Shown: one piece after another, positions 30,801 through 39,256 of the stretch | How positions within the stretch are numbered: position 1 is the first letter of the stretch | Layout: each line of letters starts with the position of its first letter | Virus record (IMG/VR): IMGVR_UViG_3300002520_000085 | Location: 1 to 64,000 of that record | Direction: 5' to 3' (one strand) | Source: a virus | DNA: 64,000 bases | Translations under genes and position numbers: made by a program | The notes under the pieces: generated by a model | Told to the model about the DNA's origin: nothing | The model's input: only the letters and a program-made list of their open reading frames with translations | Databases searched by the model: none

Positions 30801-31340
30801 GCTTTAGGGGTAGCCAACGCTTTATCAGCTGGTCCCGCAGGAATAGTTTTAGCCGCCATCGTCGGTGCATTAGGAGCTGTACAAATCGCCACCATTGCAG
30901 CACAGCCACTCCCTGAAAAGCCAAGTTTTGCAGACGGTGGTTTCACGGGCAAAGGTTTTGGTTTTCCAGATAAAACTGGCTTCAAACAAGCAGGCTTTGT
31001 ACACGAAAACGAATGGGTTGCCCCCGAATGGATGACAAAACACCCAAGAATTTCAAAAGACATTAAGCGGTTAGAATTTATGCGACAAAATGGTCCATCT
31101 TCTTACGCAGATGGCGGTTATACAGAAACTTCTTCTAATTCTACCAATACAACTACGGCAACAGCTTCAGAAAGTAACGATTCTCTTCGCTCACTTTTCG
31201 TGAGATTGCTCGGCATTTTCCAAAGAATAGACGACAACGGAGGTTTAGAAGCTTTTATCGTAGACAATCCGCAGAACCAAAAAAAGGTTTACCAAATGAC
31301 TAAAAAAAGAGAATCATTAGAAAATAAAAATAAACATTAA
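27885..31340 (+). CDS. tail tape measure protein
   Basis: 1151 aa, long alpha-helical/coiled-coil middle, hydrophobic glycine-rich segments (IIGWIAALVAGIGLVV; AGPAGIVLAAIVGALGAV), position upstream of the tail genes. Confidence 0.75.
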   Translation: MAGSNVPANVVIRINDREVTNSFRGINAEVRRLQRELNGAEVGSEEFTRTFNELQVARRHLESVRTEIQGTTQDLRESSTEIKNFSDLGSFLGDKFSNGLSGANLSFRGLGTTIKTFAVESWAAIGSIPIIGWIAALVAGIGLVVKEVFDFNKELNEANKLASDVTKLQGRELDSITNRSQNLEKLVGFDRQETLEAAKAGVMSFKITYTEAMNEIENGAVRGGRANKEFLNSLTEYAPFLGKAGYSFKEFVAIVNTGYDLSIYKDKLPDALKEFDISMREQTKSTRDALVNAFGATFADDLLKRVSDGKLLMKDALIEIKKESDKYHLSEKQQAQITADIMRGAAEDASGSAMVLMAVTKALVDQNKPLTEAQQILKDQIDSYNELGEAKIDALKSDAILAFQRDLEHLWINIQKGFYNVITILRSVNTYTQTAILTISQYLAVLNVRVMGVFKGMLADLGNVASAFFELGKLAKSAYNLDFEKVDQSFDTIKSKLKSSLSNTKKAFSEFGKESGISFMNNYNKILANDKAKADAQRYVDSLRENASKKTNNFDGTAGNDPNKAKKDAEARAKKLAAENEKLRKEIQKDLEYSENDLEKSEKRKQDLKNQYRSEEIALMKDGLQKELAQADFARAQELQKLSANGEEIQAKILELEKKKLEAKSPVAKANYDKALKEELEARYQNDLLIEKTEQTHQFRLKTIKEKWQASDIEKIVKAGAKKLELSAQQKEQEIQNITSLEDAKYQLQNAQYLKLTGEELRQIDTLEKAKAALRENASRAMLEESRKLAEENLAILEESVKSMTDGPEKEKLMEYIDTLKARILELKGSIQKGGEQDAGKALEDQNKAKSKVDILGFSAKDWEDTFKNTDDISGKLAAMGMIFQALGNAAQMFGDLQRALGERELKNFTKIQKAKKSQLDKNLASGLISQEEYNKRTEAMDIELANKQAEIEYKQAKADKISKLFSAIGATALGVANALSAGPAGIVLAAIVGALGAVQIATIAAQPLPEKPSFADGGFTGKGFGFPDKTGFKQAGFVHENEWVAPEWMTKHPRISKDIKRLEFMRQNGPSSYADGGYTETSSNSTNTTTATASESNDSLRSLFVRLLGIFQRIDDNGGLEAFIVDNPQNQKKVYQMTKKRESLENKNKH

Positions 31341-31343
31341 GAT

Positions 31344-33266
31344 ATGCCAACAATTAATTTAACGGTAAACCCGCCATCGCAAAACATAACTTGGCAAAGA
31401 GGCACGGCTTTTCCCACGCTTGTAGATTTAGGTGTTTCAGCAGCAGAAGATGCTTTTGTAGATTTTCAGTTTAATTTTGAAAATACAACAGTTAATTGGC
31501 TATATCTCACGGGAACGGATGTAATGACAGACCCGAATGCGATATATTTTCCTCCTGGAAGTAGTGCGACAACTGTCACTCCAGTTTTGCAAAATATTAA
31601 TTTATTGACAGGGAATTCTTATGCGGGAAAAATTATTTTCACGCGTGGTTCTATCCAAAGAACACACACGGTAAATCTTACGATTTTGGGCGCTTATTCG
31701 GCAATAAAATCAGAAAAAGACAATTACAGCGTAGTTTATAACCGAATTACAGACACGCTTTCGGGAGATACTTTGGTAAATATTCTCAACAACACCACAT
31801 CCGCAAACCTCAGTTTCGAAACCAATGGATCTTTATTCCTGGAGAAAACCGTAACAAATAATTTTTCGCTTGAAGAAGATTCCGCTTTTCCTTTTTCTAC
31901 AAACACAGAATTGCCGACCACGGGAAATAAAATCGTTTCTTGCCGTCTTAAAGATTCAACAGGCAATATCGTTTATGCGTTTACGGTAACAATTACAGTT
32001 ATAAATACCAATGATATTACGACTGATTTTCCGCAGGTAGATTTTACGATTTACAAGCATTTAGCCGAAACGAAAACAAAGGTTTTACAAATTATAAACC
32101 CTGCAAATCTAGATTTTACGGTTACGGCTCCAAGTTTTGTAACCATTTCACCGACGTCGGGAAATAGCTCCGTATATCTTACTATTGAAACCGATAATTC
32201 AGCGACTTTATTGGCGCAAACATATTCGGGAAATGTAGAAATTGCCTACGGAACGAAAGTTTTAATCGTTCCAATTACAGTAAAAAACGTCGATTTCCTT
32301 GATTTTCCTGTAGGAGACTACAATTTTTGCCTTGATGATTTTAAATTGACAGCTCACAGGATTTCCGACGAAGCAAAGCTCGTAAGAATTTCGCCCGAAA
32401 TTGTCATGAAAACCGCCAACGGAGATTTCACCGTAAAACCTGCCTATCAAATTGCCTATTTTGAAGACAAAGCCACGACAGATTTAGGTAGAAAAATACA
32501 CAATTATTTCCCGATTTTTGACAAACCTATTTTTGAAAATTCGGGAGCAGATTTCGACAACCGTTTTATTTACAATCCGGCTATTGTCTCCGTAACCGTA
32601 GAAGAATTAAATGCAGATTATGAAGTTGTTTTCACGAAAACGATTTCAGACATTAAATTGTTTCCTGGTAAAAAACCGAAAATGTTCCCTGCATTTACAA
32701 ACTCTGCATTAAAGAGAATCTACAGCAACACAGCGCATCTTTTTTCTTATCTCACAACAGAAGTGCAGCCTATTGATATAATTGGACAAAATTTGTCCAC
32801 AAATCCTTTTTCTCCGGATGAAGTGCATTCTGTTTTTTTTGAGGACAAAGATGAGTTGATGACTTTCGGAGACTACAAAAATGTTCTTGGAATCGATTTT
32901 ATGAGAATGGAAAAAGGAGACGATCAAATTTTTGTACAGTTTATCAATCAAAATTTAGTTCCAGAATTGTTGATTTTTAATGGGTTTTTCCAAATGAACG
33001 AAGAGTATAATCACAATTACGAAGATGCGGAAGGTTTTGTGAAAAAATACAGCACTTCAACAATTAAAAAGGCGACACTTCAAACCGGTTATTTATTTAA
33101 AGATGAAGCTTTGATTGTGGAAGAATTAATAAAATCTGTTTTGGCTTTTATTAAAATTGGAGACGAAATTTTTGAAGCTTTTCCTATCACATCAAAAACT
33201 ACCTCACGAAATTCTGCAAGCAATTTGCAAATTTTTGAAATTGAATTTTTAATCGCAATTAAATAA
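31344..33266 (+). CDS. phage tail structural protein (distal tail/baseplate-like, 640 aa)
   Basis: Directly follows the TMP; Thr/Asn/Ser-rich beta composition. Confidence 0.5.
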   Translation: MPTINLTVNPPSQNITWQRGTAFPTLVDLGVSAAEDAFVDFQFNFENTTVNWLYLTGTDVMTDPNAIYFPPGSSATTVTPVLQNINLLTGNSYAGKIIFTRGSIQRTHTVNLTILGAYSAIKSEKDNYSVVYNRITDTLSGDTLVNILNNTTSANLSFETNGSLFLEKTVTNNFSLEEDSAFPFSTNTELPTTGNKIVSCRLKDSTGNIVYAFTVTITVINTNDITTDFPQVDFTIYKHLAETKTKVLQIINPANLDFTVTAPSFVTISPTSGNSSVYLTIETDNSATLLAQTYSGNVEIAYGTKVLIVPITVKNVDFLDFPVGDYNFCLDDFKLTAHRISDEAKLVRISPEIVMKTANGDFTVKPAYQIAYFEDKATTDLGRKIHNYFPIFDKPIFENSGADFDNRFIYNPAIVSVTVEELNADYEVVFTKTISDIKLFPGKKPKMFPAFTNSALKRIYSNTAHLFSYLTTEVQPIDIIGQNLSTNPFSPDEVHSVFFEDKDELMTFGDYKNVLGIDFMRMEKGDDQIFVQFINQNLVPELLIFNGFFQMNEEYNHNYEDAEGFVKKYSTSTIKKATLQTGYLFKDEALIVEELIKSVLAFIKIGDEIFEAFPITSKTTSRNSASNLQIFEIEFLIAIK

Positions 33267-33268
33267 GC

Positions 33269-33595
33269 ATGGAAACAAAAATTATATCAGAATTTGGAAC
33301 TGAAGATTTAAGCGATGTTTTATTCACCATCGAAGAAAGCAATTCTAAAGTTGCCGACACGATGTTTACAAAATTTACATTGCCTTTTGATGTGAAAGTA
33401 ACGCCTGATTTTATTAAAAAGTATGGAGATTACAGAAGCTATGAAAGTAATAATTTGAAAAATAAAATTATTTCTCAATTTCAATTTGAAAACAAGATTC
33501 ACGACGCCGAAAGATTTATACAGAGCATCATCGATGATACGCTGACTAATCAAATTGATTTTGGTTTTGATGAATTGCCGAATTCTTTCTTTTGA
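33269..33595 (+). CDS. hypothetical tail-module protein (108 aa)
   Basis: ORF; overlaps the next ORF by 41 nt in another frame. Confidence 0.4.
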   Translation: METKIISEFGTEDLSDVLFTIEESNSKVADTMFTKFTLPFDVKVTPDFIKKYGDYRSYESNNLKNKIISQFQFENKIHDAERFIQSIIDDTLTNQIDFGFDELPNSFF

Positions 33596-35042
33596 AAAAT
33601 TTGTCGTTCCGGATATCCATATCTACGCCAAAGAAGTCGCTGCCAAAACATGGCCGGAGACAAATTTTAATTTTCCGAGAATCTATTCAAAAAAATATGA
33701 TTCTGATGAAAGTTTTAACGATTTTGACGGATATTACAACGACTTGCTTCCCGATGGAAGCGAAATGAAGCGAAATTATATTGATGGAGGAGGCACGCCG
33801 AGAAATATTAACATCATTCATCCATGTGTGCATCCTATCTACATTTTAATGAAAGGATTTTCAGACGCAAATCTTGAGCTCGAAGGCGATATTCTTACAG
33901 ATCCAGTTCTGCAAAAGAAATGGGTTTTTTCCGGAACCGAATATTTTTCGAGGTTTTCACAAAAACGATACGGACTCGACGTCAATGGTGATGATTTCGT
34001 TTCTTACAACGGTTTTGTTGCGACGTACATCAACAGTTTGACCGTTGAGAAAAAAGGAAAATACAAAATCGTAGGCTATTTTAATGCGAAAGGAATCGGA
34101 AGTGATAATTTATCTTCCATCAGAATGAATGGTATTTTGATCTGGCAGATAGGGAGCCACTACACGCAGGAGCAGGATCTGTTTTTCAACATCGATCTTA
34201 ATATTGAAAATGATAATACCGTACTTACATTTTTTCACCGCCGTGGCTATTCTTCAGCAGCTTCAACCGTGATTCATGTCGACTTAATCGGCGATGAGCT
34301 GATAGCCTCAGACACCGTTGATACTGGAGTGATCACCAATAAAAACGAAATCGATTTAGCCAGAGCCGTTCCCGACATGACGTTCGGCGAGTATTTTACG
34401 AAAATTAAAAACTGGCTGAATTACGACCTCGACATTATTGACAACCGCGCAATTATGAACAGAATTGCGACCGAAGAAATCACCGGAGTAAAAGATTTCA
34501 CCGCTTTCGAAGGCGCAAAACCGAAACGCACATTTCTCAACCAGCGTTCCTGGCTTATGAAATTTGCCGACCTCGACGGTGAAGAAAAAAAGGATTCCAT
34601 GTATTTCGACAACAATGGTCCGAAGCTCAACGGCACAGAAAAAGAAGATACCAACGTGATCGAAATCGATGGCTACGTCCTTCCACAAAGATTACCAAAG
34701 GAAAACGGCTACAATACCGCCTACGTTTTGAAAGATTCTTCCACAACACTCGCCCTCGTAGACTACGACGGACTGAAAAACGGACAAAACAACGCCAACA
34801 ACGCCACCGACTGCGATTTTCCTCAGCTGTTTGAAAGCCATTGGAAAAACTGGTTAAAACTTCGTTTGAATGGCCAAGAATTCAATTGGACTAAAATTGT
34901 AAACGCAGAACAGTTTTCGCAATTCAGCATTAAAAATTTCATTTATGCCTACAATAATGTGCACATAATTAAGAACTGGAGCAAAAACAAACTCAACCGA
35001 GAATTGTACAGCGTAGAATTTACAACAGAAACGGTAAGTTAA
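33555..35042 (+). CDS. phage tail/baseplate protein (495 aa)
   Basis: ORF in the tail module; last + strand gene before the integrase. Confidence 0.45.
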   Translation: MILVLMNCRILSFEKFVVPDIHIYAKEVAAKTWPETNFNFPRIYSKKYDSDESFNDFDGYYNDLLPDGSEMKRNYIDGGGTPRNINIIHPCVHPIYILMKGFSDANLELEGDILTDPVLQKKWVFSGTEYFSRFSQKRYGLDVNGDDFVSYNGFVATYINSLTVEKKGKYKIVGYFNAKGIGSDNLSSIRMNGILIWQIGSHYTQEQDLFFNIDLNIENDNTVLTFFHRRGYSSAASTVIHVDLIGDELIASDTVDTGVITNKNEIDLARAVPDMTFGEYFTKIKNWLNYDLDIIDNRAIMNRIATEEITGVKDFTAFEGAKPKRTFLNQRSWLMKFADLDGEEKKDSMYFDNNGPKLNGTEKEDTNVIEIDGYVLPQRLPKENGYNTAYVLKDSSTTLALVDYDGLKNGQNNANNATDCDFPQLFESHWKNWLKLRLNGQEFNWTKIVNAEQFSQFSIKNFIYAYNNVHIIKNWSKNKLNRELYSVEFTTETVS

Positions 35043-36256
35043 GCCAAATCTGAAAACTCGCCTTCCTCACTCGGAAACTCATTTATATCATCTAGAACAG
35101 CATCAATAATTTTCCTGTGAACTTCATCTTTGATTTTCACAGGAAATTTTCCTTCGTAAATAGACAAAGTATCGCCTTGCGAATGCCCAACTAATTCTTT
35201 TATAATGTCTCGATTTTGGTAAAGCTCCATGCTTCCAATGTGAATAAACGTATAGCGAGGTGTTTTTGAATCGACGTGAGAAAAAATATTGCATTGTGAA
35301 ACGGCTTTTCTAATTCTTTCTACATAATTTTTGCGGTAAGTTTCATAATCGTACTTATGAATTGGCAAAATAAACAGAGAATCTTCTTCGTGGAAGAAAT
35401 CAATTATTTTTTTTGCTTCCGGAAATATTTTATTATTAATTACTTCCTGCGTATTACCTTTTGCACGCATTTTTTTTATTCTGCCGTTTTTTATATCAGA
35501 TTTTCTTAAGGTAGCAATATCAATAAAATCAAGACCACCAAGATAAAAGCACAGCATGAAGTATTTATAGTGAACAGATTTTGAGGAACTTTTTAATAAA
35601 GTTTTCATTTCATCGCTCGTAAAATATTTGTCTTTTGTCGGCTTTTCTTTCTCCATAATTCTTGTAAATGGATACGTGCCTTCATTTTTGTAAATTCCGC
35701 GCCTAACTGCTTCGTTGTAGATGGCTTTTAGTTTTGATAAATAAGTATTTATTCCAGAAGCGCTACACGTCGCCGATTTTTCAATTTTAAACTTGGTTAA
35801 AAACTCGTACGTAATTTCTTCAAAAGACAATGTAGGCTTGTATTCTTTCCAGACATTCAAATTGTATTGGTAAACACCGGCATTGCCTTTTGTTTTTAAA
35901 ACTTTACTTTTATTTTCAAGCTTTTTCTTTTCTTCAGCAATCCGAGTTTCCCAAAAATCATAAACATCACCATCTTTCCCGAAGATGTAATTTTTTATTT
36001 GCAAAGAGGTGCGTTTTAAATTTGATTTTTGAAGTTTGTTAATTTTAAATTTTATATCTAATATTTTTTCGATAACAACAGAATAATTTGGATGAGATTT
36101 TTTCGGCTCTTCTTTTTCAAAATCCCAATGTTCTGCGAATGAAAATAAATTAATAGAAGGATAACACCGATCAGATTTAGAAATAAAAATATTAATAACA
36201 ATTGGATGTCCCTTTTGCCTATTTCTACTTTGATCTAACGTTATATTTACTTTCAT
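35039..36256 (-). CDS. tyrosine integrase, Bacteroidetes phage-integrase type with N-terminal arm-binding domain
   Basis: C-terminal TPRYTFIHIGSM...LVGHSQGDTLSIYEG matches the catalytic region. 405 aa. Adjacent to the 3' end of tRNA-Thr(GGT). Confidence 0.7.
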   Translation of the reverse strand: MKVNITLDQSRNRQKGHPIVINIFISKSDRCYPSINLFSFAEHWDFEKEEPKKSHPNYSVVIEKILDIKFKINKLQKSNLKRTSLQIKNYIFGKDGDVYDFWETRIAEEKKKLENKSKVLKTKGNAGVYQYNLNVWKEYKPTLSFEEITYEFLTKFKIEKSATCSASGINTYLSKLKAIYNEAVRRGIYKNEGTYPFTRIMEKEKPTKDKYFTSDEMKTLLKSSSKSVHYKYFMLCFYLGGLDFIDIATLRKSDIKNGRIKKMRAKGNTQEVINNKIFPEAKKIIDFFHEEDSLFILPIHKYDYETYRKNYVERIRKAVSQCNIFSHVDSKTPRYTFIHIGSMELYQNRDIIKELVGHSQGDTLSIYEGKFPVKIKDEVHRKIIDAVLDDINEFPSEEGEFSDLA

Positions 36257-36404
36257 CTTTTAAAATGTCTGAAAAATGTCTGAACAAATATAATATTTTG
36301 TAAGTATTTTGTAAGTATTTTAATCGGAATTTTAAATATGAAAAGTTAATGTAAAGCTTTAAGGAAAAAGAAAAACACGCTGTAAATCAACGTGTTTCAA
36401 AGTG

Positions 36405-36476
36405 AGCCAACTACGGGACTTGAACCCGTGACCTCTTCCTTACCAAGGAAGCACTCTACCGCTGAGCTAAGTCGGC
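36405..36476 (-). tRNA. tRNA-Thr (anticodon GGT)
   Basis: Reverse complement GCCGACTTAGCTCAGCGGTAGAGTGCTTCCTTGGTAAGGAAG...GGTTCAAGTCCCGTAGTTGGCT folds as a cloverleaf; anticodon loop TTGGTAA. Confidence 0.8.
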
Positions 36477-36515
36477 GTAAAATAAAAAATCACACTAAAA
36501 GCGTGATTTTTATTG

Positions 36516-36588
36516 AGCGGAAGACGGGGGTCGAACCCGCGACATTCAGCTTGGAAGGCTGACGCTCTACCAACTGAGCTACTTCCGC
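36516..36588 (-). tRNA. tRNA-Gly (anticodon TCC), copy 1
   Basis: Reverse complement GCGGAAGTAGCTCAGTTGGTAGAGCGTCAGCCTTCCAAGCTGAATGTCGCGGGTTCGACCCCCGTCTTCCGCT. Confidence 0.8.
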
Positions 36589-36610
36589 AATTTTGTTTCC
36601 AAAATTATTG

Positions 36611-36647
36611 GTACAGTCAGTCCCATTTAGCCACTCTGGAATCTCCC
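36611..36647 (-). pseudogene. truncated tRNA-Tyr remnant (5' half through anticodon GTA only), copy 1
   Basis: Reverse complement GGGGAGATTCCAGAGTGGCTAAATGGGACTGACTGTA closely resembles the tRNA-Tyr acceptor 5' strand, D-arm and anticodon loop. No matching 3' half before tRNA-Gly begins. Confidence 0.5.
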
Positions 36648-36666
36648 CGAGTTTATATTAAAATAG

Positions 36667-36740
36667 AGCTTCCAGAGGGATTCGAACCCACGACCCCGAG
36701 ATTACAAATCACGTGCTCTGGCCAACTGAGCTATGGAAGC
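36667..36740 (-). tRNA. tRNA-Thr (anticodon TGT), copy 1
   Basis: Reverse complement GCTTCCATAGCTCAGTTGGCCAGAGCACGTGATTTGTAATCTCGGGGTCGTGGGTTCGAATCCCTCTGGAAGC; anticodon loop TTTGTAA. One U-U mismatch in both the anticodon stem and the T stem, hence moderate confidence on isotype. Confidence 0.6.
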
Positions 36741-36832
36741 GTTTTAATATATTCTAAACTGAAAGCTGAGAGAAAAGCTACTCTGCACCAAATTCAGCAG
36801 TAAAAAATTATCTTATAATAAGAATAATTTTG

Positions 36833-36905
36833 AGCGGAAGACGGGGGTCGAACCCGCGACATTCAGCTTGGAAGGCTGACGCTCTACCAACTGAGCTACT
36901 TCCGC
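36833..36905 (-). tRNA. tRNA-Gly (TCC), copy 2
   Basis: Identical to copy 1. Confidence 0.8.
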
Positions 36906-36930
36906 AATTTTGTTTCCAAAATTATTGGGT

Positions 36931-36967
36931 TACAGTCAGTCCCATTTAGCCACTCTGGAATCTCCCC
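36931..36967 (-). pseudogene. truncated tRNA-Tyr remnant, copy 2
   Basis: Identical to copy 1. Confidence 0.5.
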
Positions 36968-36984
36968 GAGTTTATATTAAAAAG

Positions 36985-37058
36985 AGCTTCCAGAGGGATT
37001 CGAACCCACGACCCCGAGATTACAAATCACGTGCTCTGGCCAACTGAGCTATGGAAGC
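36985..37058 (-). tRNA. tRNA-Thr (TGT), copy 2
   Basis: Identical to copy 1. Confidence 0.6.
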
Positions 37059-37166
37059 ATAATAAAAAAGAATTCAAAAGATCGCTGTTCCTTTTTTGCG
37101 TGTGCAAATATAGAACGGATTTTTTGAATTCTAAAATTTTTTTGTATGTTTTTTTAAACTTTTTTA

Positions 37167-37457
37167 CTAGGCCATTTCTTTTTTCTTGATTAATAGCTTC
37201 TTAGCTGTATCTACGCAAGAATCTAAACTTTCTTCAAATGACGCGCATGTCTTTTTTACAACAATATCATCACCCGGAACGACTAAGATAAGCTCTGTAG
37301 TCTTATTGGCACCGTCTGAAGCGTTTTCAACTTTTAAGAAGATTTTACACTCCTGTATTTTGTCGTAGAAAGTGTCTAGTTTGTTTACTTTTTTTTCAAT
37401 GTGATCTTCTAGTGGTTCATGTGGTGTTAAACCAATTGATTGTACTGTGATCTTCAT
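37167..37457 (-). CDS. hpf: ribosome hibernation promoting factor / ribosome-associated inhibitor A (YfiA family)
   Basis: 96 aa, MKITVQSIGLTPHEPLEDHIEKKVNKLDTFYDKI matches the N-terminus of the HPF/RaiA family. Conserved neighbourhood with xer and rpsU. Confidence 0.8.
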   Translation of the reverse strand: MKITVQSIGLTPHEPLEDHIEKKVNKLDTFYDKIQECKIFLKVENASDGANKTTELILVVPGDDIVVKKTCASFEESLDSCVDTAKKLLIKKKEMA

Positions 37458-38368
37458 AATTCTTCTTTTTTAGCGGCTCTGGGATGAGCCAGATTAAACA
37501 CTTTTTTTAGTTGTTCTATATTAGCATTCGTATATACTTGTGTACTTGCAAGACTAGAATGTCCTAATATTTTTTTTACTTTTGATATTTCAGCACCATT
37601 ATCTAAAACGTGTGTAGCAAAGCTATGTCTTAGAATATGGGGGCTCTTTTTTTTCTTTGATGTTACAATACTAAGGTACTTATTAACGGCTAAGTAAACA
37701 AATTTTTCGGTGAGTTTTTTTCCATTTTTATTTACGAAAAAATATTCAGCGAAATCTGATTGCGCGCTTCTTATACTAAGGTATTGTGAGAGTAGCGATT
37801 GTAGGTTATCTGAGATGGGAATATAGCGTTCTTTATTGCCTTTTCCTATTATCTTTAGCTCTCGTGTATCTAGATTTACATTTTCAAATATCAAGCCACA
37901 CAGTTCTGCTTTTCGCATGCCTGTTTGGTAAAGTGTTTCAATGATGCAGTGTTCCAGGATATTATCTTTTTCAGAAAATGCTTTTTCTTCTAAAGTTTTC
38001 ATTTCTTCCGGAGAAATTGGAATCTGTTTTTCTGCGTAAAACTTTAGTGAACTTACATTTTCAACTGGTGAAGCTTTAATTTCATCAATTTTTAGTAAGA
38101 ATTTATAAAAGCTTCTTAGGGTTGAGATTTTTCTATTGATGCTTCGTTTGGCGATTTTCTTTTCGCTAAGGTCTATTATAAAGTTGCGAATTACTTTTTT
38201 ATCAACCACCAAAATGTTGTCTGAAGCCTCTGTTTTTAGATAGAATTCGGAAAAATCTTCCAAATCTTTTTTGTAGCTCGTAACGGTGTGAGGAGAATAA
38301 CGTTTTTCGTACGTGATGTATTGAAGAAATTTATCTATCATAGGTATATAAACAAAAAATTCACTCAA
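37454..38368 (-). CDS. chromosomal tyrosine recombinase XerC/XerD family
   Basis: ILRHSFATHVLDNGAEISKVKKILGHSSLASTQVYTN catalytic motifs (R, HxxR, H, Y). 304 aa. Conserved rpsU-xer-hpf context. Confidence 0.75.
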   Translation of the reverse strand: MSEFFVYIPMIDKFLQYITYEKRYSPHTVTSYKKDLEDFSEFYLKTEASDNILVVDKKVIRNFIIDLSEKKIAKRSINRKISTLRSFYKFLLKIDEIKASPVENVSSLKFYAEKQIPISPEEMKTLEEKAFSEKDNILEHCIIETLYQTGMRKAELCGLIFENVNLDTRELKIIGKGNKERYIPISDNLQSLLSQYLSIRSAQSDFAEYFFVNKNGKKLTEKFVYLAVNKYLSIVTSKKKKSPHILRHSFATHVLDNGAEISKVKKILGHSSLASTQVYTNANIEQLKKVFNLAHPRAAKKEEL

Positions 38369-38419
38369 TAAATATAACTATTTATAGAGTGAATTTAGTA
38401 TGTGGTTTAAGAAAATTTC

Positions 38420-38617
38420 TTAAGCCTGCTCTTCTTTGCTTAGATTTCTCTGCTTGTGAGCTGCTTTAAGTCTAGCTTGTCTTAAAGTAACTGAAGGCTT
38501 AATGAATTGTTGTCTAGCTCTTAGCTGACGTACAGTTCCTGTCTTGTCGAATTTTCTTTTATATTTTTTAAGTGCTCTGTCGATAGACTCTCCGTCTTTT
38601 ACTGGAATTATTAACAT
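38420..38617 (-). CDS. rpsU: 30S ribosomal protein S21
   Basis: 65 aa, basic. VKDGESIDRALKKYKRKFDKTGTVRQLRARQQF matches the S21 family. Confidence 0.85.
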   Translation of the reverse strand: MLIIPVKDGESIDRALKKYKRKFDKTGTVRQLRARQQFIKPSVTLRQARLKAAHKQRNLSKEEQA

Positions 38618-38767
38618 ATTTTACATCTCATTTTGGATTGCAAAACTAGTGATTTTTTGGAGAATAGCAAATTTATTGCGGTAATTTTTTATGTTTTTTT
38701 AATATTGCTTTCTATAACTAGGTTTATAAAGGTAAATTTTTTATATATTTGCTGTCACTTTACACAT

Positions 38768-39170
38768 GGGGTTGACTGGTTTCGACAGCAAGACCAATGG
38801 GTAAGTAAGCATGCAGAGAACCGTAGCGCGATCTCTATAATCCCTTGCTACAAAATTTTAACTGGCAACGAAGAGTTCGCTCTTGCAGCTTAATAATTGA
38901 AGTTTAGTAGATTCAAGCGTTTTCCCGAAGATTTTAGTAAGGAAGCAAGATGTTCCACAAATGCTCTGTTCTGCGGCGTTTGATTCTGGAATATAGGAAT
39001 GCGGAAATAAGTCTTATCTCGCTTCGCGATACGATCGAAAATCTTAGAAGATAAGCTGAAAGTTGGGTGTCTACTCTCTGCTTTCAGTCGAAAATAAATA
39101 GTAGAATAAGCATGTAGAAATCTTATGTATTGCTTGTTTGGACGAGGGTTCGAATCCCTCCAACTCCACA
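38768..39170 (+). ncRNA. ssrA: tmRNA (transfer-messenger RNA), tag peptide ...GNEEFALAA
   Basis: 5' GGGGTTGACTGGTTTCGAC pairs with 3' CAACTCCA. tRNA-like T-arm GGACGAGGGTTCGAATCCCTC. In-frame tag reading frame ctggcaacgaagagttcgctcttgcagcttaataa. Confidence 0.85.
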
Positions 39171-39173
39171 AAA

Positions 39174-39206
39174 AATCCTGTAAAGTGTTGATTTACAGGA
39201 TTTTTT
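39174..39206 (+). terminator. tmRNA rho-independent terminator
   Basis: atcctgtaaagtgttgatttacaggat plus tttttt. Confidence 0.7.
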
Positions 39207-39210
39207 ATTA

Positions 39211-39234
39211 TTAGGTGCTAAATTAGGTGCTAAT
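39211..39234. repeat. 24-bp direct repeat TTAGGTGCTAAATTAGGTGCTAAT (left copy), candidate att or integrase arm site of the tmRNA-associated element
   Basis: 23/24 identical to 58193-58216, ~19 kb away, at the opposite end of the integrase-bearing island. Confidence 0.55.
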
Positions 39235-39256
39235 TATTTCTTTTTATATTTTACAC

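Larger units (their letters stand above)
36515..37058. repeat. tandem duplication (period 317 bp) of the tRNA-Gly + tRNA-Tyr-fragment + tRNA-Thr(TGT) block
   Basis: 36515-36740 and 36832-37058 are near-identical; differences are one inserted g after ttgg and one t/a change in the spacer. Confidence 0.8.

Noticed and set aside
36513-36803. 96-aa + strand ORF
   Set aside because: Lies entirely over tRNA-Gly, the tRNA-Tyr fragment and tRNA-Thr on the opposite strand. It is an artefact of the tRNA sequence.
36515-37058. Tandem tRNA block as prophage attL/attR
   Set aside because: Whole tRNAs plus spacer are duplicated head-to-tail with nothing between them. Integration duplicates only a short 3' segment and separates the copies by the element length.
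38633-39171. ORFs 38633-38893 (+) and 38890-39171 (-)
   Set aside because: Both overlap the tmRNA gene. The + ORF simply reads through the tmRNA tag reading frame (ends ...GNEEFALAA). The region is an RNA gene, not protein coding.
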